A stretch of 64,000 nucleotides of DNA from a virus (IMGVR_UViG_3300025723_000032:3368-67367), one strand, 5' to 3'; positions 1 through 10,817 are shown, counted from the first letter of the stretch. Program-made: numbers and translations. The notes: generated by a model not told the origin, from the letters alone.

Positions 1-663
1 CTAAGCGGCACCGGAATTACCACGGGCACCAAGATCAATGGTTTTGCAACCGGCGCGGGCGGAAATGTTAACGAATTAGGCACCTATTTGCTTAACATTA
101 GCCAAAATGTTTCAAGCACCACAATCAATGCTTTCTATCAACGCCCACTAAGCATTAATTCATCATTCGTTAGAATCAACACCAATTCCAATGGCGTGCC
201 CATTATTAACGGCGGATTGGATTATCCCGTTGCCGTGTTGAATCTAGAAAACTACAACATGATTGGCTTAAAGACGCTAAACGGCCCGTGGCCAAAGGCG
301 GTTTATTACCAACCAAGTGATCCATTGGGAAACATCTTTGTGTGGCCAAACCCATCGCAAGGCGAAATGCACTTATTTTGCGATACTTTATTTAGCAATT
401 ATGTGACGATTAATGATCCGATCATATTGCCCCAAGGCTATGAAATGGCGTTGGAATGGTGCCTAGCGGAAAGATTAATGCCCGCATATGGAAAGGCAAG
501 CGCAACGCAAATACAGATGATTAATGCCTTTGCCGCACAGGGGAAAAGCACAATCAAGCGCACCAACATGAAACCCGTGCAAAATTCCGCCTATCAAGAC
601 GCGATCTTGACATCACGCCAACGCGATGCGGGCTGGATTTTGAGCGGAGGCTTCTTCAGATAG
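1..663 (+). CDS. Head-tail adaptor / packaged DNA stabilisation protein, P22 gp4-like (5' truncated by window edge)
   Basis: Frame is open from base 1 ([14 protein letters not shown]...) and matches the C-terminal two thirds of 34671-35645; sits just before the gp10-like gene. Confidence 0.75.
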   Translation, partial: LSGTGITTGTKINGFATGAGGNVNELGTYLLNISQNVSSTTINAFYQRPLSINSSFVRINTNSNGVPIINGGLDYPVAVLNLENYNMIGLKTLNGPWPKAVYYQPSDPLGNIFVWPNPSQGEMHLFCDTLFSNYVTINDPIILPQGYEMALEWCLAERLMPAYGKASATQIQMINAFAAQGKSTIKRTNMKPVQNSAYQDAILTSRQRDAGWILSGGFFR

Positions 664-672
664 GACTAGAAA

Positions 673-2634
673 ATGCCGGACTTTGGTTTTGTTGGGGCAA
701 GCTACACCGCACCTAGCATCTATCAGGATGCGCAGGAGTGTATTAATTTCTATCCGGAAATCGATCCCACTAAACAACAAGGCGATAGGGGAGTTGTTGC
801 GCTATACCCAACGCCGGGCCTAACCACGCAATTGGTGTTGCCCGCCGGTGCCGAAATCCGTGGCCTTAGAACACTTAGCGGCGGGACGCAGGCAATAGCG
901 GTTTGTGGCGCTTATGTGTATCTTTTATCAAGCACGCTAACGCCCACGATTGTGGGAATCTTAAATAGCACAAGCGGCCGTGTGGGGCTTGTTGATAATG
1001 GCTTGTATGCCTACATTGTGGATGGGTCTTATCGCTATTCATGGCGCATTACAACGCCCACAACGGCCATATTTACCGGATCAATATCGGGCACAACGCT
1101 AACGGTTTCCAACATTCAAAGCGGCACAATTGCTATTGGGCAAGTTTTGTTTGGTGTTGGTGTGTCACAAGAAACGGTGATCACGGGCGGATCGGGCACG
1201 ACGTGGACGTTGAATATATCGCAAACGGTTGCATCCACATTGATGAATTCATTAAATACGGCTAGTTTTACCGGATCAACCGCATCGGGATCAACCAATA
1301 GCACATTGTTAACCACATCAACATTGTATTTGGGGCAAACCATTCAAGGCACTAGCGTGCCGGTGGATTCGGTGGTGATCGCCATCAACACGCCTAGCGG
1401 TGGATACAATTCTTACACGCTAAGTAGCAACACCACGGTTGGATCGGAAACCATGTATGCGCTAGATTTCACGGTGTTGCCTAGCACCGATGGGGCATTT
1501 AGCGGCGGAACAACGGTGGATGTGATTGATAACTATTTTGTTTATTCACGCCCATCTAGCCAACAATGGGGATCATCGGATGCGCTAAGCCCCATATCGC
1601 AACAATTATCTTTTGCATCCAAGGATGGCGCACCGGATCAATTGGTTGCGTTGATTGTGGATCACAGGGAAGTTTACCTAATGGGCGAGGCGAGTTCGGA
1701 GGTGTGGGTGGATGCGGGCTTGTTTCCGTTTCCATTCCAACGCATACCGGGCACTAGCACCCAACACGGAATTGTTGCCCAAAATAGTGTTTCACGCCTA
1801 GCCAATAGTTTTGCCTATGTAAGCCGAAACCTACGCGGCCAAGGCCAAATCATGCAAATGAATGGCTATATTCCGCAAAGAATAAGCACGCACGCGGTGG
1901 AAAACACGTTGGTGAATCAGTATATTGAGGATGCGGTTGCGTGGACTTATCAATTGGAAGGCCATGAGGTTTATGTTGTTTCGTTTCCTACAATTAACAT
2001 CACTTGGGCTTTCGATTCCACAACGGGGCTATGGTATAAATGGCTTTATTACACCGGATCACAATACACGCGGCACCGTGGAAATTGTTCGTGTGTATTC
2101 CAAAATATGGTGTTGGTGGGTGATTACGCCAACGGAAAGATATATGAGTTGGACAACACCAACTACACGGATGATGGAAATAACATTAGGCGGCTAAGAC
2201 GCGCACCGCATTTGGTTTCGGATTTACAACGGCAGTATTTCGAGGAATTTCAGATTCAATTTCAACCCGGTGTGGGAACAACGGGCCTTAGCCAAAATCA
2301 ATTTCTTTATATACAATCACCCTATTACATTGCGCCAACGGCCACGCTAACGATTCCGGCCACACAAACCGTTGTTTTGGGCACGCAAAGCGCAATTAGC
2401 CAACAGACAACAACCACTAACCCGCAAGCTATGTTGCGTTGGTCAGACGATGGCGGATCAACATGGTCCAAGGAACATTGGGTCGGCATCGGCCAAACCG
2501 GAAAATATCAAAACCGCGCAATTTGGCGGCGATTGGGCCAAGCGCGTGATCGGGTGTTTGAGGTGGTGGTGACCGATCCCGTCAAGGCCGTTATTGTTTC
2601 CGCTAACTTAAAGGCAAGTGGGGGTGAAAATTGA
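673..2634 (+). CDS. Tail hub/nozzle protein, P22 gp10-like
   Basis: 653 aa; [14 protein letters not shown] and [13 protein letters not shown]...WRRLG motifs typical of gp10-like proteins; synteny; homologue at 36279. Confidence 0.8.
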   Translation: MPDFGFVGASYTAPSIYQDAQECINFYPEIDPTKQQGDRGVVALYPTPGLTTQLVLPAGAEIRGLRTLSGGTQAIAVCGAYVYLLSSTLTPTIVGILNSTSGRVGLVDNGLYAYIVDGSYRYSWRITTPTTAIFTGSISGTTLTVSNIQSGTIAIGQVLFGVGVSQETVITGGSGTTWTLNISQTVASTLMNSLNTASFTGSTASGSTNSTLLTTSTLYLGQTIQGTSVPVDSVVIAINTPSGGYNSYTLSSNTTVGSETMYALDFTVLPSTDGAFSGGTTVDVIDNYFVYSRPSSQQWGSSDALSPISQQLSFASKDGAPDQLVALIVDHREVYLMGEASSEVWVDAGLFPFPFQRIPGTSTQHGIVAQNSVSRLANSFAYVSRNLRGQGQIMQMNGYIPQRISTHAVENTLVNQYIEDAVAWTYQLEGHEVYVVSFPTINITWAFDSTTGLWYKWLYYTGSQYTRHRGNCSCVFQNMVLVGDYANGKIYELDNTNYTDDGNNIRRLRRAPHLVSDLQRQYFEEFQIQFQPGVGTTGLSQNQFLYIQSPYYIAPTATLTIPATQTVVLGTQSAISQQTTTTNPQAMLRWSDDGGSTWSKEHWVGIGQTGKYQNRAIWRRLGQARDRVFEVVVTDPVKAVIVSANLKASGGEN

Positions 2635-2864
2635 CAATTACCACTAATACATCACAATTACAACCTTATCCACAAAGTGAATTTTTGGATAAGGCATCGA
2701 ATCGGCCTACACGGGCATGGCAACAATTCTTTTTGAATTTGTTGAACTTTACCCCTAGCACCACGGCAACCACGGGATCGGGCACATTGCCCGCGCATCC
2801 GGTTGGTTTCATAAATATCACGGTAAACGGGCAACATTTTAAAGTGCCGTATTACAATGTATAA
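2631..2864 (+). CDS. Small virion protein after gp10 (TTG start)
   Basis: 77 aa, coupled TTGA overlap, conserved at 38240-38473. Confidence 0.7.
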   Translation: MTITTNTSQLQPYPQSEFLDKASNRPTRAWQQFFLNLLNFTPSTTATTGSGTLPAHPVGFINITVNGQHFKVPYYNV

Positions 2865-2875
2865 ATGGGGGAAAA

Positions 2876-5062
2876 ATGACAACAACCGCAATAAATAACG
2901 CCGTGCAAGATGCTATGGCCGGATTACCGGCGGGCACAAGCGATTTTATTAACGCTAATATCGGCACGCCCCAAGGCCAACAGGCTATTTTGCAAGCGGC
3001 CGCATCGATTGGAATTACAGACCCCGCGCAAATTGCAAGCATTGTTAGCACCGCAACGGGGATGAATATCACACCCCAACAGGTGCAAGCGGTGGCGCAA
3101 CCGGCACCCACAAGACGAATTACAACCGGCGCATCACAAAGCACGCCATCAACAACAGGATCGGGGGCCACGCCAACCGATTTGGGCACATCACTTTCTA
3201 GCATGGCCGCACCGCAATTTGTGGGATCGGCCGCACCGGGCGCGGTTGGCACAAGCTATGGCCAAGCATCGGGCAATATGATTAGTGCGGCGCAACAAGC
3301 CAATCCGGAATTATCACAAGCATTGATAAGCGGAAATGCGGCGGTTAATTACAACGCGGATACCGGCACATATAACTTAATCAACAAGACAACGGGCGCA
3401 CCAATCGCCGGAAATTATCAAGTGCAAGTAGGGCCAAACGGCACCGGAATCAACATTCCTAGCGGGAATGGGATGATTCAAGTCACCGCACAAACCGATC
3501 AAAGTGGCACGATTGCGCCGGTTACCGCCGCCAATGTGCAAAACGTTGGCTTGAATGCGGGTGCTGGCGGATTTGCCGGTGGCACGGGCGCATTAACATC
3601 GGCCGCGGTGCCCGCTTTAGCGATTGCATTCCCCGCTTTAGTGCCCTATATCGCCGCTTATAACGCCGCCGATGCGGCAAGCAAAGGCCAATATGGTGCG
3701 GCATTGATTAGTGCGGCCGTGTCTTACGCGGGATTTAATCCCGATTCGCCTTTGGTGCAATCCGTTAAAAGTGGCTTGGGAATCAATCCCAATGCGCCCG
3801 CGGATAATCCTACATCATCAACCGATGTGCCAAGCACACCAAGTGATGGAACAACGTTATCAAATGTTGCACCAACAACGCCAACTAATACAACACCAAC
3901 AACACCAACGGGCGGTGCATCATTAGGCAATTTGGCAAACGCCCAACAATTGCCGGGATCGGTTTTAAATCCAAACTTTATCAACACGCCCCAACCGGGC
4001 GATTTAACAAATCTTTCATCGTTGGGCACCGGCACGGCATCCGTGCCAACAACCCCAACGCCCGTGCCATTTACAAATATGGTTGGTGTTTCGCCCACAT
4101 CAACATCGGTGACATCAACCGCACCAATAACACCGAATGCCACAAGCCCAATTGTTAATTCCACGGGTTTGCCAAGTGGCACGCCGGTTAATACAACAAC
4201 CAATTTAACACCATCAACATCGATTGTGCCCGCGGCCGCCGCCGCCGCCGCACCCGCCGCCGCGCCCGCCGCATCAAGTGTTGCACCCGCCGCGGCCGCC
4301 GCCGCAACGGGTTTAACCGCCGCACAAATTGCCGCTTTGGCCGCCGCCGGTGTTAGCCTAGTTAATTCAAATACATTAACAAACGCAAACAATAGTGCGG
4401 CCGCCACACAAGCCGCCGCAGGCCAAAACGCACAAAATTTGATTCAAGGGCTATATACCCAACAAGGCCAATTGCAATCGCCCTATCAACAGGCGGGTGT
4501 GAATGCTTTAAACACGTTAGGATCGCTTGGATCGGGCACCTATAACGTTATGTCACCCACGGGCGGTGTCACGGGCACGGGCACCGGATCGGGCTATCTA
4601 ACCAACCAATTTAACAACCAAGATTTAACCGCACAATTAGCACCGAATTATCAATTCCAATTACAACAAGGATTGGGCCAATCGCAAAACGCGGCCAATG
4701 TTGGCGGTGGGTTATTAAGCGGAAATACTTTACAAGGGCTTAACACATACGCACAGAATTACGCACAAGGCGCGTATCAAAATGCGTTTACTAATTACCA
4801 AACCCAACGCAACAATATCTATAACACATTGGCGGGCCAAGCCGGATTAGGCCAAAACGCTAACGCACAATTAAGTAGCCTAGGCGGTGGATTGGCGCAA
4901 ACGTATGGAAATGTCACCACGGGATTGGCGGCAAGTGCGGCGGGCCAACAAGTTGCCAACGCACAAAACCAAACCAATTTGTTAAGCAATTTGACGAATG
5001 CCGCGGTAACCGCATTTGCGCCAACACCGGCAACAACCACATTGAAACTTACAGCCGCATAA
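2876..5062 (+). CDS. DNA ejection protein, gp7-like, with long N-terminal extension
   Basis: C-terminal PNYQFQLQQG...GGLLSGNTLQGL motif of gp7-like ejection proteins; Ala/Gly/Thr-rich; homologue at 38483. Confidence 0.65.
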   Translation: MTTTAINNAVQDAMAGLPAGTSDFINANIGTPQGQQAILQAAASIGITDPAQIASIVSTATGMNITPQQVQAVAQPAPTRRITTGASQSTPSTTGSGATPTDLGTSLSSMAAPQFVGSAAPGAVGTSYGQASGNMISAAQQANPELSQALISGNAAVNYNADTGTYNLINKTTGAPIAGNYQVQVGPNGTGINIPSGNGMIQVTAQTDQSGTIAPVTAANVQNVGLNAGAGGFAGGTGALTSAAVPALAIAFPALVPYIAAYNAADAASKGQYGAALISAAVSYAGFNPDSPLVQSVKSGLGINPNAPADNPTSSTDVPSTPSDGTTLSNVAPTTPTNTTPTTPTGGASLGNLANAQQLPGSVLNPNFINTPQPGDLTNLSSLGTGTASVPTTPTPVPFTNMVGVSPTSTSVTSTAPITPNATSPIVNSTGLPSGTPVNTTTNLTPSTSIVPAAAAAAAPAAAPAASSVAPAAAAAATGLTAAQIAALAAAGVSLVNSNTLTNANNSAAATQAAAGQNAQNLIQGLYTQQGQLQSPYQQAGVNALNTLGSLGSGTYNVMSPTGGVTGTGTGSGYLTNQFNNQDLTAQLAPNYQFQLQQGLGQSQNAANVGGGLLSGNTLQGLNTYAQNYAQGAYQNAFTNYQTQRNNIYNTLAGQAGLGQNANAQLSSLGGGLAQTYGNVTTGLAASAAGQQVANAQNQTNLLSNLTNAAVTAFAPTPATTTLKLTAA

Positions 5063-5072
5063 GGAATAAATC

Positions 5073-6674
5073 ATGCCCGTATTTACCGATTATGCCGTTA
5101 GCAAGCCAACAACATTAAGCGATATGTTGGGGAATTTAAACACCTTACAACAATATCAACAATCGCAACAATTGATGCCGTTGCAATTGGAAAAAGCACG
5201 CTTGGAATTAGAAAGACAACAAGCAACGCAAGAATCAGAGATTGAAAGAAGCAAATCGCTATCTAGGGAACAACGCGGGAAAGAACAACCCAATATTACC
5301 GTTGCGGAACAAGCGGCGCGGAAAGCCGAAATTGAGGCACGCAAGGCACAATATGATTTAACCGGCACCCAAGCCGAACACATGAATGACGAATTGGGTG
5401 CCTTGATCCCCAACAAAGATATTCAAAACATCAATCCAAAAGACCCTAAATCGGTTAAAGCCGCTAAAGATGCGGTGATTGCGGCACAAGAAAGATTGGT
5501 TGGCCGTGGGATTGATAAGGCATCGGTTGAGGCGCATTTACGGCCAATCTATACTTTAATTGATGAAAAGCCGCAAGCATTGGGGCAAGCATTAACGAAT
5601 ATTGTGCAACGTGGCCAAAACACGCAACAATTTGCACAAGCTAATTTGGCACCTACCGCAATCGGCCAAGGATCACAAACAACATTGATGCCACAATCTT
5701 TGTTTCAACCTAATCGCCAACCGCAATCATTAAATATCAATCCCGCACCGGGCACATTCCAAACCATTAATAATATAACTTATCAGGTTGGCCCCGGTGG
5801 CGTTTTAACGCCGGTGACAATGGGGCAAGCCCAAGCAAATGCCCAAGCAAACACGCAAGCAAACGCCCAAACCAAACCAAATGGGCCATTGCCGGATAAC
5901 TTTAATTTGCCGCCCGCAACCGGCGCACCGCCCGCGGGAATCCCCGCCGGTATGCCAAATGTAGGGGCAACAAAACCATCGGCCGATATTCCTAAAATAT
6001 CGTTGGATATGCCGGTTGCCCCCGGCCCGATACCGCAATTAAACACGCAACAACAAGCGCGATATGAGGCGGGAATGGCTAGAAAAGATGCGTCTATTGC
6101 GGCCGATAAAGTGGCAAGCGAAAGCGATCAAAACATTCGCAAGATTTACGAAAACCTTGGTGCCGCCACAGGTAGCCAATTGGGCCAAGTGGTGCGTAAT
6201 TTGCAAACATCACTTGTTGGAAATCCTAGCCTAAATGAATTAGCTAAAAACTTGGCTATGCAACAATTGAATAATGAATCAATATTTGGCGCACCAACCA
6301 ACGCGGCACGCGAAACCGTAAATAACATAAGCGGATCACCCGATATTGATCCAAAGGCATTGAAAAGCATTGCGGATCGTGCCTATGCAACAAACACCGC
6401 GGCACACGCCTACACGGCGGGTTTAAAGGCGTTTATGGCCAAGCATGGCCCATACAACGGCCCAATACACGAACAAAATTATCGTGCCGAATTCAACGCT
6501 AATTACGATATTAGAAACTTTATGTTGCAAAACATTAATAAATCTAATCTTTCGCCAATGCAAAAAGAATTTGAAAGGGCAAAGCTATTTGGTGATTTAA
6601 CGCCGGATGAGGCTAAGGAATTGCAACGCAAACAAAAGATGATGAAACGCATTGAAAGGGGTGAATTTCAATGA
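5073..6674 (+). CDS. DNA ejection protein (gp20-like position)
   Basis: 533 aa, Gln/Ala-rich and helical; second of three large genes after gp10; N-terminus MPVFTDY shared with 40307. Confidence 0.55.
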   Translation: MPVFTDYAVSKPTTLSDMLGNLNTLQQYQQSQQLMPLQLEKARLELERQQATQESEIERSKSLSREQRGKEQPNITVAEQAARKAEIEARKAQYDLTGTQAEHMNDELGALIPNKDIQNINPKDPKSVKAAKDAVIAAQERLVGRGIDKASVEAHLRPIYTLIDEKPQALGQALTNIVQRGQNTQQFAQANLAPTAIGQGSQTTLMPQSLFQPNRQPQSLNINPAPGTFQTINNITYQVGPGGVLTPVTMGQAQANAQANTQANAQTKPNGPLPDNFNLPPATGAPPAGIPAGMPNVGATKPSADIPKISLDMPVAPGPIPQLNTQQQARYEAGMARKDASIAADKVASESDQNIRKIYENLGAATGSQLGQVVRNLQTSLVGNPSLNELAKNLAMQQLNNESIFGAPTNAARETVNNISGSPDIDPKALKSIADRAYATNTAAHAYTAGLKAFMAKHGPYNGPIHEQNYRAEFNANYDIRNFMLQNINKSNLSPMQKEFERAKLFGDLTPDEAKELQRKQKMMKRIERGEFQ

Positions 6675-9070
6675 CAACAACCGTATTAGATCAAGACCCA
6701 GATGTTGCATTCTTTGAAAAATTCAAACCTAAAACCGGCACAAATCCGGAATTGCAACAACGCCTAGATGTTTTAAAACAAAGGCACCGTGAATTAACCG
6801 GCAAAGAATTAACCGATGTAAACAAAGCAAGCGATCAATTGCTTGCGGAACACGGATTGCATCGCCCCGATGGCAAAACGATTCAAATCAATCCAAATTC
6901 AAATGTTGATCCATTAGATTTTGATCCCGATGTTGCAAGCATTAAAGCGCCCACAAGTGTTAAACAGGCTATGGGCGTGCCGATAGAACAACAAGCCCAA
7001 GTTGATCTAACCAAGCCATATATTAAAACACCGCAAATTCGTAGCAAACAAGCTATTGCCCAACAACAACAATTGAATCCACAAGATTTAATTGATGCGG
7101 CTAAACGCACGGGGCAAGGATTAGCATCATTGGCCGATATAACGGTTGGTGGCGTGTTGCCAATGGCGGGATATGTTGCACAAGGCTTATCGCGCCCATT
7201 TACCACGCCACAAAGGGCGGAGGAAATAGGGCAAACGGTGACAAGCGCATTAGAAAAGCCATTTGGTAAAACCGCCGGATATTTAACCGGCACCAATGTT
7301 ATTGAATCACCGGGGTATAAGGGTGAGGCATCGCAACAGGCGATGAAATACATTGGCGAAAATATTAATTTGGGTGCGGAAAAACTTAGCCAAGCCACGG
7401 GTTTGCCGGTTGAGGATGTGCGCCACATGATGCAAAGTGCGGCAATGTTGGCCCCCAAAGGAATTACATTAGGCGCAAAAGGATTAAAAGCCGTTGGATC
7501 GGAATTGGGTGATGTTAAATCACAAATGGCCCAACAATTCCAAGCAAAACAACCGCAAGCACAAGTAACGCCATTAAGCGGATTACAAAGTGGCGGTGCG
7601 GCCGCGGTGCAACATGAACAAGCGGTTAGACAAGCTATTTCAGAGGCAAGGCCGGATATGCAAGCGGAATTGGCCAATCGCCCAATCAACACAATCACGC
7701 CCAAAGATTTGCAAGCTATTGAAATCCACAATAAATTTGCAAAAGTTGATCCGGAATTTATCCCAACCGAGGGGCAAGCAACACAAGATGTGGCCAAGCT
7801 ATCGGATGAATACAATCAGAAATCGCACGAGGGCAATGAAGCGTTAAGGGCTAAATTTGAAGAACGCGATCCGATGTTGATCAAAGGATTCAACAATATC
7901 AAAGATGAATTTGCGGCGGAACATTCCGGCGTTGGCCAACAAGGCAAAGCCAACAATATTTTAGAACACGTTAAAAAGAATAATGTTGAGGTTGACAATC
8001 AAAACATCAAGAATGCTTATACAAACTTAGAACAATTAAACAATGGTAAATTTCCGTTAGATGCTAAAAAAGTTGCACAAAATGCACTTGAAAAATTAAA
8101 TGAAAAGGATGATATTGATTTTTTACCCGATACTTGGAAAAAAAGACTTGATGATTATGCAAGCGGTGAAAAAGATTTAAACCTAAATAAATTTGAACAT
8201 TTACGCACGCAATTGGCAACGGCAATACGCGGGGAAAGTAATGGAAATATCAGAAATGCTATTGGCCACATAAAAGATGCGTTAGAAGAATTGCCGCTAA
8301 CGGATGAAACCGCAATTGAATTCAAAGATGCGGCGGATACGGCACGGGGTTTATTTAGGCGGCAAAAGGAATTGTTAGACACGAAAAAGCCAACATATAA
8401 TAAATTGTATTCGATGGCGTATGAGGATAATCGCACGCCGTTGGAAATAGAAACCGGAAACGTGGCGCATCCGGCATCCAAGGGATTTTTTGAAAACTTT
8501 ATCGCGGGTAACAAAACAACACCCGCGGATTTAAGCCGTGCAATCGATTTGGTTGGCCGCAATACACCGGCACATCACGAAATCATTGCCGGATTAGCCG
8601 ATCATCTAAAACAAAAAGCCGGTGTTATTGATGACAAAGGCAATGTTAGCCAAGCGGCATTAAACAAAGAATTGAATAAACTTGGGCCTAATTTGGATTT
8701 GATTGCGGGGCCGGAGGTGGCGAATAGATTGCGTAACATCGGTGATGTGGCGCGGCTAAGCGAACACGTTAGAAATCGTGCCGGTGGATCGGCAAACGTT
8801 TCACAATCGGGCATTTTGACGGAAACAGAGGCGGCTAAACGTGCGGCGCGTGATGTTGCGATTGGGATTGGCGAGGCGGCATTGAATGTCAAGACCGGCG
8901 GCGCAAGCGGTGTTGTTGGCCAAGTATTGAAACCGATGTTTAAAGCACGCCAAGAAAAGGCGTTGTTGGAGGCGGAAAAAGCACAAAAAGCACTTGAATT
9001 GCAAAGACGCATTTCACCAACGGCGGGTATCACGCCGATTGGGACAATTAACATTAAGGGCCAACCATGA
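6671..9070 (+). CDS. DNA ejection protein (gp16-like position)
   Basis: 799 aa helical protein; partial similarity to 41833-43731 (KEDIDFLP, FEHLRTQ/YENLRTQ). Confidence 0.55.
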   Translation: MTTTVLDQDPDVAFFEKFKPKTGTNPELQQRLDVLKQRHRELTGKELTDVNKASDQLLAEHGLHRPDGKTIQINPNSNVDPLDFDPDVASIKAPTSVKQAMGVPIEQQAQVDLTKPYIKTPQIRSKQAIAQQQQLNPQDLIDAAKRTGQGLASLADITVGGVLPMAGYVAQGLSRPFTTPQRAEEIGQTVTSALEKPFGKTAGYLTGTNVIESPGYKGEASQQAMKYIGENINLGAEKLSQATGLPVEDVRHMMQSAAMLAPKGITLGAKGLKAVGSELGDVKSQMAQQFQAKQPQAQVTPLSGLQSGGAAAVQHEQAVRQAISEARPDMQAELANRPINTITPKDLQAIEIHNKFAKVDPEFIPTEGQATQDVAKLSDEYNQKSHEGNEALRAKFEERDPMLIKGFNNIKDEFAAEHSGVGQQGKANNILEHVKKNNVEVDNQNIKNAYTNLEQLNNGKFPLDAKKVAQNALEKLNEKDDIDFLPDTWKKRLDDYASGEKDLNLNKFEHLRTQLATAIRGESNGNIRNAIGHIKDALEELPLTDETAIEFKDAADTARGLFRRQKELLDTKKPTYNKLYSMAYEDNRTPLEIETGNVAHPASKGFFENFIAGNKTTPADLSRAIDLVGRNTPAHHEIIAGLADHLKQKAGVIDDKGNVSQAALNKELNKLGPNLDLIAGPEVANRLRNIGDVARLSEHVRNRAGGSANVSQSGILTETEAAKRAARDVAIGIGEAALNVKTGGASGVVGQVLKPMFKARQEKALLEAEKAQKALELQRRISPTAGITPIGTINIKGQP

Positions 9071-9618
9071 GCGTTAATCTTTCACCCGTAGGAAACGGAT
9101 TTCAATTTCTATCAAGCACCATTCCTAATGTGCCTTTGGCCGGTGGATATATCTACACCTACCAAGCGGGCACAAGCACACCGCTAAACACTTACACGGA
9201 CAACACCGGAAACACCGCCAATACCAACCCAATCGTGTTAGGCACGGATGGCCGCCCCGCCAATGAAATTTGGCTAACAAGCGGATATTCATATAAATTT
9301 GTGTTAACCGATGCAAGCAACAATGTTATTCAAACCTTGGATAACTTATATGGAATCATTGGCACAAGCCCCGCCGTTAGCGCGGTGCCCGCCGGTGGGA
9401 TCATCATGTGGTCAGGATCAATCGGCGGAATCCCAACCGGCTATGTGCTTTGCAATGGATCAAATGGCACGCCCGATTTAAGGGATCGATTTATCGTTGG
9501 CGCGGGCAATAGCTATTCGGTTGGAAACAATGGCGGATTTGCATCTAGCGGTGTTGTTACATCTAGCGGCACCAACAATCCACTTTATTACGCATTAGCA
9601 TTTATTCAAAAGACATGA
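9067..9618 (+). CDS. Short tail fibre / tail-collar domain protein
   Basis: N-terminal LAGGYIYTYQAGTSTP...NPIVLGTDGR virion-attachment motif plus collar motif GIIMWSG...LCNGSNGTPDLRDRFIVGAG. Confidence 0.75.
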   Translation: MSVNLSPVGNGFQFLSSTIPNVPLAGGYIYTYQAGTSTPLNTYTDNTGNTANTNPIVLGTDGRPANEIWLTSGYSYKFVLTDASNNVIQTLDNLYGIIGTSPAVSAVPAGGIIMWSGSIGGIPTGYVLCNGSNGTPDLRDRFIVGAGNSYSVGNNGGFASSGVVTSSGTNNPLYYALAFIQKT

Positions 9619-9809
9619 GCAACACAGAACAAGACTTGGCCGTTCACGTTGCCGTTTGCGATGAAAGATATCGCCGCATAGAACAATGTTTGCGAGATGG
9701 CGAACGGCGCATGACCAAGATCGAATTTTTGATCTATGGCGTGATGCTATTAGTTTTACTTGGCCCCGGCGTTGCGGGTGCGTTTTTCCATAAATTTTTT
9801 GGGTTGTAA
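9615..9809 (+). CDS. Small membrane protein (coiled coil + C-terminal TM; holin/anti-holin-like)
   Basis: 64 aa; one residue different from 44281-44475. Confidence 0.65.
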   Translation: MSNTEQDLAVHVAVCDERYRRIEQCLRDGERRMTKIEFLIYGVMLLVLLGPGVAGAFFHKFFGL

Positions 9810-9811
9810 AA

Positions 9812-10528
9812 ATTGATCCATTCACACTTGTTGCTTTGGCTACTTCGGCCTTCAAGCTCGTCAAAGAATCCTGCGAGATGTACAAGGAGGGAAGGCAATT
9901 TGTTGTTGATGCCAAGAAAGAGATTGATGGCGTTGTCAAAGATGTAAAAGGAATACAAAAAGACGCAAAGGGCATTTGGGCGTTTTTGACGGGTCTTTTT
10001 GGGGGTGTTAAACAAGAAAATCAACAAAAAATTGTTGAAAAGCCCACTAAAAAGGCAAAACAAAAGGTTGAATTTGATGAAAACCAAATCTACGCGCAAG
10101 TAGCCGATGCACTAACAAAATTCTTTCACGCCTATAACGGGCTAAAGAATTACGCCAAGGAACAAGAAGAAATTGCTTTGACGGCATCAGGCGAGGAAGG
10201 ACAAGATATTGCGATTAAGTTGGTTATTGCTAACTTACAGATGGAAAAGTTAAATGAGGAAATGCGGGAATACATGGTTTACCATGTGCCGGAGGAGATG
10301 AAGGATTTGTATAGCCGTGTGAATAAGATGGTTGGCCACATCGCCAATCAACAGGCGTTAGCAAGAAAGGCGGAATTGGATAAGAAACGGAAAGCGGCAT
10401 GGCTAAAACGACAAAAAGCGGATCAAGTTACGGATCGAATAATAATAACAACGGTAACTTTTCTGATGATAGCGTGGGTGTGGGCGATGATGATCGCTCT
10501 TTCTACATCATCACGGTCGTTTGCCTAA
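9812..10528 (+). CDS. Conserved coiled-coil protein with C-terminal TM; probable ATT start
   Basis: Conserved N-terminus IDPFTLVALATSAFKLVKE extends upstream of the ORF-track start in both units, with no in-frame ATG. Confidence 0.65.
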   Translation: MDPFTLVALATSAFKLVKESCEMYKEGRQFVVDAKKEIDGVVKDVKGIQKDAKGIWAFLTGLFGGVKQENQQKIVEKPTKKAKQKVEFDENQIYAQVADALTKFFHAYNGLKNYAKEQEEIALTASGEEGQDIAIKLVIANLQMEKLNEEMREYMVYHVPEEMKDLYSRVNKMVGHIANQQALARKAELDKKRKAAWLKRQKADQVTDRIIITTVTFLMIAWVWAMMIALSTSSRSFA

Positions 10529-10635
10529 TGACCACTTTGCTATTCTTATTGCCAATCATGGCGTGGATGTTTATTGATATCAAGATCATGGAAATTAGGG
10601 TTAACAAGGCACTTGCAAAGATCGAAAGCAAATGA
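10399..10635 (+). CDS. Small membrane protein overlapping the previous gene (start uncertain)
   Basis: TM segment plus IDIKIMEIRVNKALAKIE conserved at 45066-45305. Confidence 0.6.
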   Translation: MAKTTKSGSSYGSNNNNNGNFSDDSVGVGDDDRSFYIITVVCLMTTLLFLLPIMAWMFIDIKIMEIRVNKALAKIESK

Positions 10636-10817
10636 AATATCTTTTTTTGTTATTGTTGTTGGCGGGGTGTGATGATAGATACCGGTATCTATGCCAAGAC
10701 CCCGATCACTTTAATGACAAGGATTGCGTGCACCCTAAGTGCGAATTTAGCCAAACGTGCCCCGAATATTTAGTTGCACCGGTGTTGGAGAAAAAGGTTG
10801 AACAAGTTAACAAGTGA
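10632..10817 (+). CDS. Small Cys-rich lipoprotein
   Basis: Lipobox LLLAGC followed by a 4-Cys mature part; nearly identical at 45302. Confidence 0.75.
   Translation: MKYLFLLLLLAGCDDRYRYLCQDPDHFNDKDCVHPKCEFSQTCPEYLVAPVLEKKVEQVNK

Noticed and set aside
88-663. ORF-track start at 88
   Set aside because: The frame is open from base 1 and homology to 34671-35645 continues upstream; the gene is truncated by the window edge.
4228-4345. GCC-rich tandem repeats as a CRISPR array or microsatellite element
   Set aside because: In-frame poly-Ala coding; no constant repeat with unique spacers and no cas genes.
3724-9054. Long antisense ORFs (3724-4407, 6883-7815, 8155-8562, 8602-9054; likewise 42255-42677, 51246-51806)
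   Set aside because: They lie opposite real genes, mirror their codon bias, and are not conserved as ORFs between A and B.
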